A stretch of DNA of 64,000 bases, from assembly GCA_040769125.1 (NCBI GenBank), contig JAXGLO010000001.1, positions 656,069 to 720,068 on the forward strand, read 5' to 3'. Position numbers and translations under genes: made by a program. Of this stretch, positions 34,582 to 44,745 are shown in pieces. The DNA is from Thermoleophilia bacterium (GTDB lineage: Bacteria > Actinomycetota > Thermoleophilia > UBA2241). Every line of letters starts with the position of its first letter. The first letter of the stretch is position 1. Below the pieces are notes generated by a model. The model was not told the origin of the DNA. It ran no database searches and saw only the letters and a program-made list of their open reading frames with translations.

Positions 34582-35831
34582 CGATCCGTGGTGCCGTGCG
34601 GTTGCTTGCGCCACGCGCCTCGCCCGGCCAGGGCCCGCCTGTAGGCAGCCAGGAGGTTTGGAACCTGGCTCTCCCAGCGCAAGCCGGGCATGCGGCGCGC
34701 CGCCTCGGCGCGCATCCTGGCGCGCAGGTCTTCGTCGGTGAGGACGTCTCTGAGGCGTGCGGCGAAGCCCTCGACGTCGCCCGAGTCGGCGTAGACGGCC
34801 GCCTCGCCCGCGGAGAACCGGGTCTCCGGCAGGTCGAAGGCGACGACGGGCGTGCCGGAGGACATGTACTCCATGACCTTGATGAAGGTCGAGCGGTCGT
34901 TGAGCGGGCTCGACGTCTCAGGGCACACGCACGCGTCGGCGGTCACCAGATAGCGCGAGAGCAGCTCGTCGTCCTCGATCCAGCCGGCGAAGTCCACGAA
35001 CTCTTCAATACCCAGCTCCGTGGCCCGGCGCTTCAGGTCCTCCACGGCGCTGCCGTCGCCGACGAGGGCGAATGTGGCGTCGCGGAAGCCGCGCTTGTGG
35101 ACGAGGGAATGGATGACGTCGAGCAGTACGTCAACGCGGTCCTGCTCGCCCATGACGCCCATATAGACGACCAGGAGCGGTCGACCGGCCTTCAGCGCCG
35201 GGTCGGGCGTGACGGGCAGCGGCCAGTCCTCGCGGGGGCCGTTGCGGACGACGAAGACCCTGTCGGCGGCGACATTCCCTCGCGTCAAGGCGATCCGGCG
35301 GTACGATTCGTTGCTCGCTATCACAGCATCGGCCAGGCGGTACGACAGGCGCTCCGACCAGCGCAGCGCCGACATGATCAGGCCTGAGTCGCGACCGTAC
35401 AGGGATGAGTAGAGCTCTGGCGACAGGTCGTGCTGATCGAAGATGAAGCGCTTGCCTGCGAGCTTGAAAGGCCAAACGATCAGGAAGAAGAGATCCGGGG
35501 GGTTGCAGGCCTGGACGACGTCGAATCCGGGGGAACGCACCAGCCGGATCATGAGCCGCAGGGTCTTGACGAGCGCCTCGATGTACTCGAGCACCTGTGC
35601 AGTGGCCCCGCCGGAATCGAAGGGCGAGCGGCGGGCACGGAATCGCTCCACCAGGACGCCGTTGATGATGTCGCGCGGAGGACTGTCTCCGGTCGCCGGG
35701 CAGATGATGCCGACCTCGAAGCCGTTCGCCAGCAGCGACTCCGCCTCTGCGAGGACGCGGCGATCGCCCGGCACGGGGGAGTTCTCTACGAGGATGAGCG
35801 CCCGCGGGCGTCGTCCTTTCCTGTTGCTCAT
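34578..35831 (-). CDS. glycosyltransferase family 4 (GT-B)
   Basis: ATG at 35831, 417 aa. ALILVENSPVPGDRRV, and a C-terminal GT1/GT4 core ...FVDFAGWIEDDELLSRYLVTADACVCPE...KVMEYMSSGTPVVAFD. The rest of the 890-aa ORF is shadow sequence. Confidence 0.85.
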   Translation of the reverse strand: MSNRKGRRPRALILVENSPVPGDRRVLAEAESLLANGFEVGIICPATGDSPPRDIINGVLVERFRARRSPFDSGGATAQVLEYIEALVKTLRLMIRLVRSPGFDVVQACNPPDLFFLIVWPFKLAGKRFIFDQHDLSPELYSSLYGRDSGLIMSALRWSERLSYRLADAVIASNESYRRIALTRGNVAADRVFVVRNGPREDWPLPVTPDPALKAGRPLLVVYMGVMGEQDRVDVLLDVIHSLVHKRGFRDATFALVGDGSAVEDLKRRATELGIEEFVDFAGWIEDDELLSRYLVTADACVCPETSSPLNDRSTFIKVMEYMSSGTPVVAFDLPETRFSAGEAAVYADSGDVEGFAARLRDVLTDEDLRARMRAEAARRMPGLRWESQVPNLLAAYRRALAGRGAWRKQPHGTTDR

Positions 35832-36044
35832 GATATGTCGCACTGCCGCCTTTCCTCTGTCTCTGCTTGTCGGCGTACACGGCGTGTTCCTTGATGCCTG
35901 CCGACTGCGGCGCGGCTCAATAGTACCCGTAATGTCGCCCTTCTGGCACGCGTGCGCCTTGAGATAAACTCTGCGGGTGCGCGGTGAATGTTGGACGGCG
36001 CGCTGCTCGATGGGGAGCGCGCCGATGCGAGGGGGTGAGGTGCA

Positions 36045-37220
36045 GTGCGGATGCAGGCAGACGGGCTCCTGGCGCCAGATGCTCTCGCCCGGCTGCTGGG
36101 CGTGCAGGCGTTCGCTTCGGAGGCGATTGCGGAGGCGGCACACGCGGCCGGCGCCGTGCTGCCGGAGGCAGCTCAGGAGGCGCTGGCCGAGTCGGGCCTC
36201 GAGGGCTTGGCTGCCGCGGTTCTTCTCGAAGGCCAGTTCGGGAGCGGGCACTTCACCTTGTCGCCCGTGCGGCGCCTGTACTACTGCGTCAGGCCTCTGC
36301 TGCCGGCCGCGGCCCGCGCCCTCCTGCGGCGCGGCGTCGTGAGCCGGGGCGCCGCGGAAGGCTCCCTTCGCTGGCCGGTGGAGGACAGGTTCGTCGCGTT
36401 CGTCGAGCAGGTGCGTGCGGCGTTGCAAGCCTCGGAGTCGGGAGTCGCTCTTCCCTGGTGGCCCTCCGGTCACGGCTTCGCCGCGGTGCTCACCCACGAT
36501 GTGGAGGGGCCGTTCGGGCTCTCGCATCTGCAGGAGGTGCTCGCCCTGGAGCGCGCCCGCGGGCTTCGCTCCTCGATCTCCCTCGTCGGCGACATCTACA
36601 CGGTGCCCGATTCGCTGCTTCGGGAGCTCGAGCAGGACGGCTTTGAGGTCGCTCTGCACGGCTGGCGGCACGACGGCCGGCTCTTCCTCTCGCGGGCGCG
36701 GTTCGAGGCGCGACTGCCGCACATGAACCGGCGGCTGCGCCAATGGGGCGCCGTCGGGTTCAGATCGCCGATGACGCATCGCAATCCCCTGTGGATGCAA
36801 GGTATCGAGATGGAATGGGACTCGTCGTTCTTCGACACCGATCCGTTCGAGCCCATGCCGGGCGGGGTCATGAGCATCTGGCCCTTCGTGATGGGGCGGT
36901 TCGTGGAGCTGCCCTATACGCTCCCCCAGGACCACACGCTCATCGAGACGCTCGGGGAGACGAGCCCGCGGATATGGGTCGAGAAGCTCGACTACATCGC
37001 GGCTCACCAGGGCATGGCTCTCGTCAACACCCATCCGGACTACCTCTGCCGCGGCGGGAGGCTGGCGCTGTACGAGGAGTTCCTCGACGAGCTGGTAGGT
37101 CGTCCGGGCTGCTGGCACGCTCTGCCGCGCGATGTGGCGGCATGGACGTCGGCTCGTTGGAGCGGCGTCCCAGACGACTCGGCGACGCCGGAGGGTCGCC
37201 CTCAGGCCGTCCAGCGGTAG
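36045..37220 (+). CDS. polysaccharide deacetylase-like (CE4-type) protein with Ala-rich N-terminal extension
   Basis: AAVLTHDVEGPFG ... VALHGWRHD ... FRSP pattern resembles NodB/CE4 deacetylases of exopolysaccharide loci. Start uncertain (GTG 36045 or ATG 36051). Confidence 0.6.
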   Translation: MRMQADGLLAPDALARLLGVQAFASEAIAEAAHAAGAVLPEAAQEALAESGLEGLAAAVLLEGQFGSGHFTLSPVRRLYYCVRPLLPAAARALLRRGVVSRGAAEGSLRWPVEDRFVAFVEQVRAALQASESGVALPWWPSGHGFAAVLTHDVEGPFGLSHLQEVLALERARGLRSSISLVGDIYTVPDSLLRELEQDGFEVALHGWRHDGRLFLSRARFEARLPHMNRRLRQWGAVGFRSPMTHRNPLWMQGIEMEWDSSFFDTDPFEPMPGGVMSIWPFVMGRFVELPYTLPQDHTLIETLGETSPRIWVEKLDYIAAHQGMALVNTHPDYLCRGGRLALYEEFLDELVGRPGCWHALPRDVAAWTSARWSGVPDDSATPEGRPQAVQR

Positions 37221-38227
37221 AGAGCCTCGCCGAGCGCACGGGTGACCCACACGGGCGAGCGGCGGATGATCCGGCGGGCCAGCCCGTGGAGAGTTCGGTC
37301 TGCATGCGTGTCGGGAGGCGTGCGGGAGACGTGGGTGTAGACCAGGGGGGTCTCCGCGGCGCCCCAGGACGACTTGTAGAGGCGCAGGCCGTCGGCATCA
37401 GGGTCGCTGCGCCCCAGATCGAGCGTGTGGTAGCCCTTCTCGCAGCCGGCCACCATCGTCTCCCAATCGATGAGGTAGCCGGCTCTCTTGTCTGGAAGAC
37501 GAGGGTCCGAGCCCAGGTACTTGGCCACGAGCATCCCGTTGTGGATCAGATAGACCCCCGCCGCAAGAACCGCGCCGTCGGCGACGGCGGTCGCGATGAA
37601 GCCGTGGCCGGGAGTCAGCAAGCGAGCCAGGAGAAGGTCGAAGAAGCGGCGCGGTTGCACGGGAACCCCATGCCGCCTCCTGGTGAGCGTGTGGAGGCGG
37701 TAGAAGGTCGCGACATCCTGTGCGCTGCTGCCCAGCACTACCTGCACGCCGTTGCGGATCGCCCGGTTGCGGTAGTTCCGATGCCCCTTATTGGGGCGCA
37801 GGTCGGCGGGATCCTGCGGGAGCGCCAGCGTGTGCAGGTAGCCGACCGACTCGGCGTGGCGATGGAGGCCGGCGGGGAGCGCCGCACGAACCTCGAGCTC
37901 GCGCACCGGCTCCGTCAGCACGTGCTCAGCGAAGGCGGCGAACGCCTCCTCCGGCGCTACGTCGGCGCGAATCAGCGGCGCGCAGGAGTCGGTGAACGGC
38001 AGCGAGATCCAGCGCCGGGCGCCTCGCAGCGACCGTACCGCTACGACCGGGAGGCCGGCGAGGATCTCGCCGTCGCCGTCCTGAGCGGTGAGCGCGAACG
38101 CGTGGAAGCGATAGCACTCGGCGATCATCGCGGCCCAGGCCGGCAGGTGGAACGGGCCGGCGTCCGGATGCGTGCTCGTGAACTCCGCCCAGCGCGGGTC
38201 GTCGATCTGTACCGCCGCGACTTTCAT
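37202..38227 (-). CDS. FemAB-related / GNAT-fold acyltransferase (BioF2-like), paralog 2
   Basis: 341 aa, collinear with 29650-30669. Its 3' end overlaps the convergent deacetylase gene by 19 nt. Confidence 0.65.
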   Translation of the reverse strand: MKVAAVQIDDPRWAEFTSTHPDAGPFHLPAWAAMIAECYRFHAFALTAQDGDGEILAGLPVVAVRSLRGARRWISLPFTDSCAPLIRADVAPEEAFAAFAEHVLTEPVRELEVRAALPAGLHRHAESVGYLHTLALPQDPADLRPNKGHRNYRNRAIRNGVQVVLGSSAQDVATFYRLHTLTRRRHGVPVQPRRFFDLLLARLLTPGHGFIATAVADGAVLAAGVYLIHNGMLVAKYLGSDPRLPDKRAGYLIDWETMVAGCEKGYHTLDLGRSDPDADGLRLYKSSWGAAETPLVYTHVSRTPPDTHADRTLHGLARRIIRRSPVWVTRALGEALYRWTA

Positions 38228-38513
38228 CGGACTGGCGTGGCCTTTCGTCGGTCACGTGCAGGCGCTGTGGGCCGCTGCCCACCGCGTCACGGCCCCGAGC
38301 CTCGGGGCGGGCACGCGCTGGTCGTAGATACCATAGCACTGCCGCGGCCTGTTGCGGTGCCGGTTGCGTGGGGTAAGCTTGGCACGGCAACGGAGGCTCG
38401 GCATCGGCTGGGGGCGGCCGGTTTGGAGGTACGCTTATGGGTGGAGCGCCTGCTTCGGACCTGACGGCCGTGTGCGCTCATCCTGCCGTGTTCACGCGCG
38501 TCGACTGCGGGCG

Positions 38514-39539
38514 ATGAATACCGGCGTCTTCCTTCGCAGGCGGACCCTCTTTCTGGTGTGGGCAGCCGCGAGCGACGGGAGCAGCCGCAGCCGGCACCTG
38601 GCGCAGGAGCTCGGCATCCGCGAGCTGCACCACGTGAGCGTGCTGCGCGGCGCCCCCACCTGGGCGGCTCCTTTCCGCTACGCTCTGCAGGGGCTGCGAA
38701 CGCTCGGTCTGCTGAGCCGCAAGAGGCCCGGGCTGGTGATCGTGCAGAGCCCGCCCAGCCACGCCGTCCTCTTCGTGCGGCTGTACTGCCGGATCACCGG
38801 CGCCGGGTACGTCGTCGACGCCCACAGCGATGCCTTCCAGAGGCGCGTCTGGTTCAAGCCGTCCTGGCTGCATGATCCGGCGGTCAGAGACGCTCTCGTG
38901 ACGCTGGTGCACGTTGATTCCTTCCAGTCGCTGGTAGAGGCGCGCGGTGGGCGGGCGCTCGTGCTGAGGGATCCCATCGGAAGCTACGAGTGGGACGACT
39001 ACCCGCTGAAGGACGGCTTCAACATCGCCGTCGTCAACCGGTTTGCTCCGGACGAGCCCATCGAGCAGGTGCTGCGCGCGGCCGCGCGTATGCCTTCCGT
39101 GCGGTTCCATGTGACCGGAGATCCCGAGAAGGCGCCGCCGGGCCTGCTGGCGCGGGCGCCGAAGAATGTCACGTTCACGGGCTTCCTGCCGAGCCGGCAG
39201 TACTACGGCTTGCTCAGGTCGAGCCAGGCGGTGATGGCCCTCACCACCCGCGATCACACCTTCCAGTGCGGGGCCAACGAAGCGCTGTCCCTGGAGAAGC
39301 CGGTGATCACCTCGGCCTGGCAGACGCTCAGGGACTACTTCCCCAGAGGCGCGGTCTTCGTGGACAACTCCGAGGATGGCATCCTCGAGGGCGTGTGCGA
39401 GATGGTGTCGAGGCACGAGGCCTGCGAAGGCGAGATCCGCGAGCTGCGCCGGTCGCAGCGCGTCGACTGGGAGAATCGGGTCGATGAGCTGGCGGAGATC
39501 GTTGAGGCGGGCGAGCCTGCGCCCAGACGCGTGACGTGA
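38514..39539 (+). CDS. glycosyltransferase (GT-B fold, GT4-like)
   Basis: ATG at 38514, 341 aa. C-terminal half VRFHVTGDPEK...VTFTGFLPSRQYYGLLRSSQAVMALT...GANEALSLEKPVITS resembles the GT-B nucleotide-sugar binding domain. Confidence 0.55.
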   Translation: MNTGVFLRRRTLFLVWAAASDGSSRSRHLAQELGIRELHHVSVLRGAPTWAAPFRYALQGLRTLGLLSRKRPGLVIVQSPPSHAVLFVRLYCRITGAGYVVDAHSDAFQRRVWFKPSWLHDPAVRDALVTLVHVDSFQSLVEARGGRALVLRDPIGSYEWDDYPLKDGFNIAVVNRFAPDEPIEQVLRAAARMPSVRFHVTGDPEKAPPGLLARAPKNVTFTGFLPSRQYYGLLRSSQAVMALTTRDHTFQCGANEALSLEKPVITSAWQTLRDYFPRGAVFVDNSEDGILEGVCEMVSRHEACEGEIRELRRSQRVDWENRVDELAEIVEAGEPAPRRVT

Positions 39540-39643
39540 GCGGCTCTGCTCCGTGGCGACGCCCAACGCTTGGGGCGTGAGGGCGGTATCGGCCTTCGCT
39601 CGGAGCGGCCATGGCGTAAGCTGCTGGGCCTCCGGAGGCCGAA

Positions 39644-41101
39644 CTAGGCGAAAGGAGCTGGCTCCCCTCGCGTGAGCGCTGCCTGATCGCGCTCCTGCCG
39701 TTCGCGCAGCAGCTTCGCCGCCGCCTCCGACACGCCCATGACGAAAGCGAGGACGGCGACACTGTCCATCGTGTTCAGGCGAGGCGACGTGATCGAGTTG
39801 ACGAGCAGCGCGACGAACATGGCGCGTCCGCCGAAGACGATCCCGTAGAGCCAGGGATCGTCGCGCGGCAGCTGGCTCCGCTCCTTCATCCAGGGCACCA
39901 GATAGGCGACCGCCATCCAGATAAACAGGGCCAACCCGACGATCCCCAGGCGCTGCAGGAACCAGTAGTAGTTGTTGTGGATGTAGGTCTTGAGGAACGG
40001 GGTCACGCCGTAGTGCGACCAGTCGAACAGGTACTCTGTGCCGAGGCCGTTGCCGAAGACGGGCTTTTCGGCGATCTGTCGTTTGACGATGCGGTTCTCG
40101 AGGAGACGGTACTCGACATTGATGTCTCCCGCTGCAGTGATCGCCATGGCGCGCGAGACCACCGAGTCGAAGACCGCCGGGCTCATGATGGCCAGGCCAA
40201 CCCCCAGGACGACGGTGATGACGAGCCCGCCCGCGACGAGCTGAATGCGCTCGCGCACGCGCAGCACGAGAAGGAGGTACATGAGCCCCACCGCGAACGC
40301 GATCCAGTTGCCGCGCACGAACGAGAGTACCAGCCCAAGCAGCGCCACGAAGAGCAGGAGCCAGAGCCAGGCTGGCCGGCGGCGGCCGGCCGGCCAGACC
40401 ACCACGAAGGTTGCGACCAGGATCGGCCCGATGAGGAAGATCATGTCGGCGGTGGGGAACCGGCTCACTCCCGCCTCGACGTAGCCGATGGCGCCTCCTC
40501 TGCCCAAGGCGGAGTAGAGCGCGCCGAAGGCGAACGCGACCACCATGCATACCGCCAGCAGGCGCTGGAATGAGAGGATCGTCCGCCGGTCGGTGACGAA
40601 CATCACGGCGAAGAAGAACATGGCGTAATACACGAGCGAGCGGATATCCTGCAGGATGAGCTTGGGGTCGTTGCCGCTCATGTAGCCGATGCCCGCCGCT
40701 GCCACCATCCAGCCGAGAAAAAGCAGTGTCGGCAGGGCGACGGGAGACGCCACCATGCGCGGGCGTCTCCCGGAGAGCGTTACCACGACCATGCTCATGA
40801 GCAGCAGCGCAAGCGCAACATCGATGATGTAGATGCCGCCTCCGCCTATGGGGACACGGTACCGAAGGGCTATGTCGCCGGGCACGGCGATGTCGACGCT
40901 GAGAAGCACTGCGCCGAGCAGCAGCGTCCCGCGGTATGTGCCCACGATGGTCGCCAGGAACGCACACACGCCGACGAAGGCGATTAGCGCGATGCCTAGC
41001 AGCGGCGATCGCACGGCGACGGCGATCGCCACCAGGCCGACGGCGACGACCATGGCCCAGAACCGGCGATCGCGGTGCCGGCCCACGGCTTCGGATCTCA
41101 T
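39644..41101 (-). CDS. O-antigen ligase/polymerase-like (Wzy-type) multi-pass membrane protein
   Basis: ATG at 41101 overlaps the GT2 stop (ATGA). At least 10 hydrophobic segments with a larger loop region; located between GT and flippase genes. Confidence 0.65.
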   Translation of the reverse strand: MRSEAVGRHRDRRFWAMVVAVGLVAIAVAVRSPLLGIALIAFVGVCAFLATIVGTYRGTLLLGAVLLSVDIAVPGDIALRYRVPIGGGGIYIIDVALALLLMSMVVVTLSGRRPRMVASPVALPTLLFLGWMVAAAGIGYMSGNDPKLILQDIRSLVYYAMFFFAVMFVTDRRTILSFQRLLAVCMVVAFAFGALYSALGRGGAIGYVEAGVSRFPTADMIFLIGPILVATFVVVWPAGRRRPAWLWLLLFVALLGLVLSFVRGNWIAFAVGLMYLLLVLRVRERIQLVAGGLVITVVLGVGLAIMSPAVFDSVVSRAMAITAAGDINVEYRLLENRIVKRQIAEKPVFGNGLGTEYLFDWSHYGVTPFLKTYIHNNYYWFLQRLGIVGLALFIWMAVAYLVPWMKERSQLPRDDPWLYGIVFGGRAMFVALLVNSITSPRLNTMDSVAVLAFVMGVSEAAAKLLRERQERDQAALTRGEPAPFA

Positions 41102-41985
41102 CGCAGCATCTGGGCGAGGACGACAGGTGCGGGGCCTCGTCTGCCAGCCACACCGTGGTAGAGGCCGGCGCTCACGGCCAGCGCCACACGCGCCGCGGCC
41201 GACACCGAACGGCATTTGAGAAACTGGCGGGCGCCCCAGTTGACCGCGGCGGCGAACGACATGCCGAAGGAGCCCCAGCGTCGCGCGAGGAGCAGGCGAT
41301 TGCGTGTCATGTAGTAGATGGCACGCGGAGAGAAGGTGCGGCGGCCGTGCTCATACCTGGCGTCGTGCACTGCGCGTGCCGACGGCACAAGCATGGTGCG
41401 CCAGCCGGCCGCCTGCGCACGCAGGCTCCAGTCGACGTCCTCGAAGTACATGAAGAGGCTGTCGTCCAGCGGCCCACATTCTTCGACGAACTCCCGCCGT
41501 ACGAGCCACGCGCAGCCCGTGATGAACGGCACCTCGTGCGGAGCGCCCTGAGCGGGCTGGGGGCGATGCGTGACCTGCAGGGTGCGGCGCGCGAGATCGC
41601 CCCCGGCGTACCAGAACCCCGGCCTGTCGCGATGTGCGATCACGGGGCTCAGGATGCCGGCGCGCGGATCGGCCGCGCCGGCGGCCAGAAGCTCCGACAG
41701 GCAGGTGCGCTCGGGGTCCGCATCGTTGTTGACGAACCACACCCACGCGGCGCCGGCGGCGAGTGCTCGTTGCGTGCCGAGCACGCAGGCTCCCCCGAAT
41801 CCGAGGTTGCTGCCGGGCCTCACCACCTCGACCTCCTCCTCGCTGAACGGGGGGAGGTTGCCCTGGTTGTCGACCACGAGGACGGTCTCGGGGCGCGTTG
41901 AGCCGGCGAGAATGCCGGCGACTGCGCGCCGCGTGACACCCGGATCGCCGTAGTGGGCGACGACCACCCACACGCTCATGCCCAC
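41098..41985 (-). CDS. glycosyltransferase family 2
   Basis: VWVVVAHYGDPGVTRRAV...VLVVDNQG...GFGGAC...FVNNDA...GCAWLVRREFVEECGPLDDSLFMYFEDVDWSLR, typical GT-A/GT2 DxD and ED motifs. Confidence 0.8.
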   Translation of the reverse strand: MGMSVWVVVAHYGDPGVTRRAVAGILAGSTRPETVLVVDNQGNLPPFSEEEVEVVRPGSNLGFGGACVLGTQRALAAGAAWVWFVNNDADPERTCLSELLAAGAADPRAGILSPVIAHRDRPGFWYAGGDLARRTLQVTHRPQPAQGAPHEVPFITGCAWLVRREFVEECGPLDDSLFMYFEDVDWSLRAQAAGWRTMLVPSARAVHDARYEHGRRTFSPRAIYYMTRNRLLLARRWGSFGMSFAAAVNWGARQFLKCRSVSAAARVALAVSAGLYHGVAGRRGPAPVVLAQMLR

Positions 41986-42279
41986 CGCCCTCTCACACCG
42001 CGTTGAGAACCTCGCTGCTGAGCCCTCGCCCGCGCCTTGGGGGCGCAGGTCGAACCGCCTCTGGGCTCGCGAACACGAAGTCAGCTAGGATTCAGTCTAG
42101 CATGATGCATGCCCGCGACATGGGGGAGTCGTCGCCCGTCCGCCGGGATCCGGTGCAGCAGCAGCATGGTGTCAGAGCCGCTGTCGGAGGGCGCCGGCCG
42201 AAGCGGGCGCCCGCCCGTGACTCCGCCGGGCGCTGGAGCCCCACGTTTCGTCGCCATCCCACTCGAGTGATGGGCTGAG

Positions 42280-43830
42280 ATGCGTGAAGACAACCTCACC
42301 GCAGAGACGATTCACGGCCTCAAGTGGAGCTACCTCTCCGCCGTCGCCGTCTTCGTCCTGCAGTTGGTGGTTACCGCCGTGCTCGCCCGTCTGCTCACCC
42401 CGAGCGCCTTCGGCGTGGTGGCCATGGCCCTGGTTCTGCTGCGCTTCGCCCAGTACTTCGCGCAAATGGGCGCCGGCCAGGCCGTCGTGCAGAAGCCCGA
42501 GCTGAGCGCGAGCGACATGCGTACGGCGTTCACGTCCTCGGCGCTGATCGGCCTGGCTTTCTGCATCCTCTTCGTCGTCCTGGCGCCGCTGGCAGGCGTG
42601 CTCTTCCCTCAAACACCCGGAGTCGTTTCGGTAACGCGGGTGATGTCGCTCGTCCTGTTTGCAGGCGGCCTCACGGCGGCCACGCACGGTCTGCTGCGCC
42701 GTCGCTTCGCCTTCCGCGCTATTGCGCTCACCGAGATCGGGTCGTACCTGTTCGGCTATGCGGCGGTCGGCATCGTGCTGGCTTTCCTGGGGTTTGGCGC
42801 GTGGAGCCTGGTGGCGGCATCGCTGGGGCAGGCCGTGCTGATGGTCGTCGCTTTCCTGCTGTTCTGCCGGAGAGACATCGGCCTGGGCATGAACGCCGAC
42901 TCGTTCAGGGCCATCTTCTCCTTCGGGGGGCGTGTGTCGCTCATCGGTTTCGCGGAGTTCATGGGCAGCAACCTCGATACGCTCTGGTCGGGCCATTATC
43001 TGGGCTCCCGCGCCACCGGCCTGTATACCAGGGCCACCAGCATCGCGACCGTACCGCTGCAGCTGCTGGTGACGAGCTTCTCTCGTGTGCTCCTGCCGGG
43101 CTACAGCCGTATTCAGTTCGAACGTGAGCGGCTGCGGTCGCTGTATCTCGCCACCCTCACGGTGGTCGCCGCGATCATCATGCCCATCGCGTGGGGTGTG
43201 GCTGGAGCGGCGTACGAGGTCGTCGGCACGTTGCTCGGAGCGCAGTGGAGCGCTGCGGTGCCGGCGCTCGCCGTTCTGTCTCTGGCTGCGCCGTTCACTC
43301 TGCTCACGCATTTCGGAGCGATGCTCTGTGAGGCAACTGCGACGTTGAACGTGAAGATCCTGATCTCGGTCTGCCGCATCGCCTGGCTGGTCGTATTACT
43401 TATCGTCCTGTCTCGATTCGGCATCGTCGGCATCGCAGTAGCGTTTGCGGTATCCGAAGGGCTCACGAACCTGGCGTATGTCCCTGTGATGAAGAAGCTC
43501 CTGACGGTCGGGGTCGGCGACATCATACGGTCACACCTGATAGGCCTGATTGCGGGTTGCGTCACGGGTGGCGCGCTCCTCGGTCTTCACGTCGTCCTGA
43601 CGCGGGGTGGATGGGGCGCGCCGGTCACCCTCGCTGTACAGATGTGCCTGGGAGCCCTCATTCTGCTTCTCACCGTCACCAGAGCCCGAGGTGGCCTGGT
43701 GTGGAGGGAGATCCGTTCACGGCTTGATGCGGCTGGGTACGGCGCTGGGAACACCGGCATGCCCGCGCGCCTCTTCCGCATGATCGACGCAGTAGCTCAG
43801 GCGCGTCTGTGGCGCTCGCCGTCCCACTGA
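42280..43830 (+). CDS. Wzx-type polysaccharide flippase (MOP superfamily)
   Basis: 516 aa, ~14 TM. N-terminus GLKWSYLSAVAVFVLQLVVTAVLARLLTPSAFGVVAMA is typical of the Polysacc_synt family. Confidence 0.8.
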   Translation: MREDNLTAETIHGLKWSYLSAVAVFVLQLVVTAVLARLLTPSAFGVVAMALVLLRFAQYFAQMGAGQAVVQKPELSASDMRTAFTSSALIGLAFCILFVVLAPLAGVLFPQTPGVVSVTRVMSLVLFAGGLTAATHGLLRRRFAFRAIALTEIGSYLFGYAAVGIVLAFLGFGAWSLVAASLGQAVLMVVAFLLFCRRDIGLGMNADSFRAIFSFGGRVSLIGFAEFMGSNLDTLWSGHYLGSRATGLYTRATSIATVPLQLLVTSFSRVLLPGYSRIQFERERLRSLYLATLTVVAAIIMPIAWGVAGAAYEVVGTLLGAQWSAAVPALAVLSLAAPFTLLTHFGAMLCEATATLNVKILISVCRIAWLVVLLIVLSRFGIVGIAVAFAVSEGLTNLAYVPVMKKLLTVGVGDIIRSHLIGLIAGCVTGGALLGLHVVLTRGGWGAPVTLAVQMCLGALILLLTVTRARGGLVWREIRSRLDAAGYGAGNTGMPARLFRMIDAVAQARLWRSPSH

Positions 43831-43971
43831 GTCCTGCCACTCGGCCGGCGCCAGGTCGTTCGGCCGGATCTGGCGCGTCCGGCAGTGTCAGCGCACGGAG
43901 CGAGTGGCGGCATGGACTCCCGGGGTACGCAGGTGATGGCGCCCTGCTGCCAGCCGCGGCACGACGGCGTC

Positions 43972-44565
43972 TCAGACCTCGAGATCGCGAACACGTTTAG
44001 CCGGGTTGCCCGCGTAGAGGCCGTCCGCGTCGCAGTCATGGACCACAACGCTGCCGGCGGCCACGACGCACCCTCCGTGCACGGTCACTCCGGGGAGCAG
44101 AATGGAGTTCGCACCGATCCAGCATCCATCTTCGACAACCACTGGGGCTCCGCGCACGGCGCCGGCTCTGCAGTTGTGCTCTCCGATGTCGTGAGACGAC
44201 GTGCACAGCAGAACGCCCATCCCGAGCGAACAGTCGGCGCCGATGTGAATGGCGGCCGTATTGTCGAAGAAGCAACCGATGTTGATGAATGTGCGAGGTC
44301 CGATGTGAATGTCGGTGCCCCCAAAGAAACAGCGTGGATAGATGCGGCATGTCGTGTCTACGTCGAGGCCGAAGGCGCGCAGCAGGAGCGCGCGCAACTT
44401 CGGGGGCAACAGCTCGTCTGAGCAGAGCCGATTGAGGCCACTGTCTCTCAAGATGCGTCGAGCCTCGGTCTTCAGTCTCTCACGCGTGTCGGCGTACTTG
44501 TCTCGGCAGAGAGGCCCGAAGCAGCTGACTCTGGCCCGCTCGTGCGCTCGCCCACTCATTCGCAT
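43972..44565 (-). CDS. hexapeptide-repeat (LbH) O-acetyltransferase
   Basis: Imperfect hexapeptide repeats (IHIGPRTFINIGCFFDNTAAIHIGADCSLGMGVLL...DGCWIGANSILLPGVTVHGGCVVAAGSVV), typical of the maltose/galactoside acetyltransferase family. Confidence 0.8.
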   Translation of the reverse strand: MRMSGRAHERARVSCFGPLCRDKYADTRERLKTEARRILRDSGLNRLCSDELLPPKLRALLLRAFGLDVDTTCRIYPRCFFGGTDIHIGPRTFINIGCFFDNTAAIHIGADCSLGMGVLLCTSSHDIGEHNCRAGAVRGAPVVVEDGCWIGANSILLPGVTVHGGCVVAAGSVVVHDCDADGLYAGNPAKRVRDLEV

Positions 44566-44745
44566 ACTCCTCTCCGCCGATCAACGTCCTCTCGAAGCGC
44601 TGGGCCGGTATGCGGCCCTGAGGTAGCGTCTAATCACGCTTGGGCCCGCTGAGTCAAGCGGCGGGCCGGGTCTCCGGGAGGAGCGACTACCGTTGCGCGA
44701 CGGGCGGGTTAGAGGGAGGGGCTGGCTCTGTGGGCAGCGTTTCTC

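Noticed and set aside
42039-42065. tRNA-like fragment GGGGGCGCAGGTCGAACCGCCTCTGGG, a possible integration scar at the edge of the divergent GT2/wzx promoter region.
   Set aside because: The putative T-arm cannot be folded with a 5-bp stem and 7-nt loop. There is no acceptor or CCA-proximal match, and no integrase or direct-repeat partner was found in the window.
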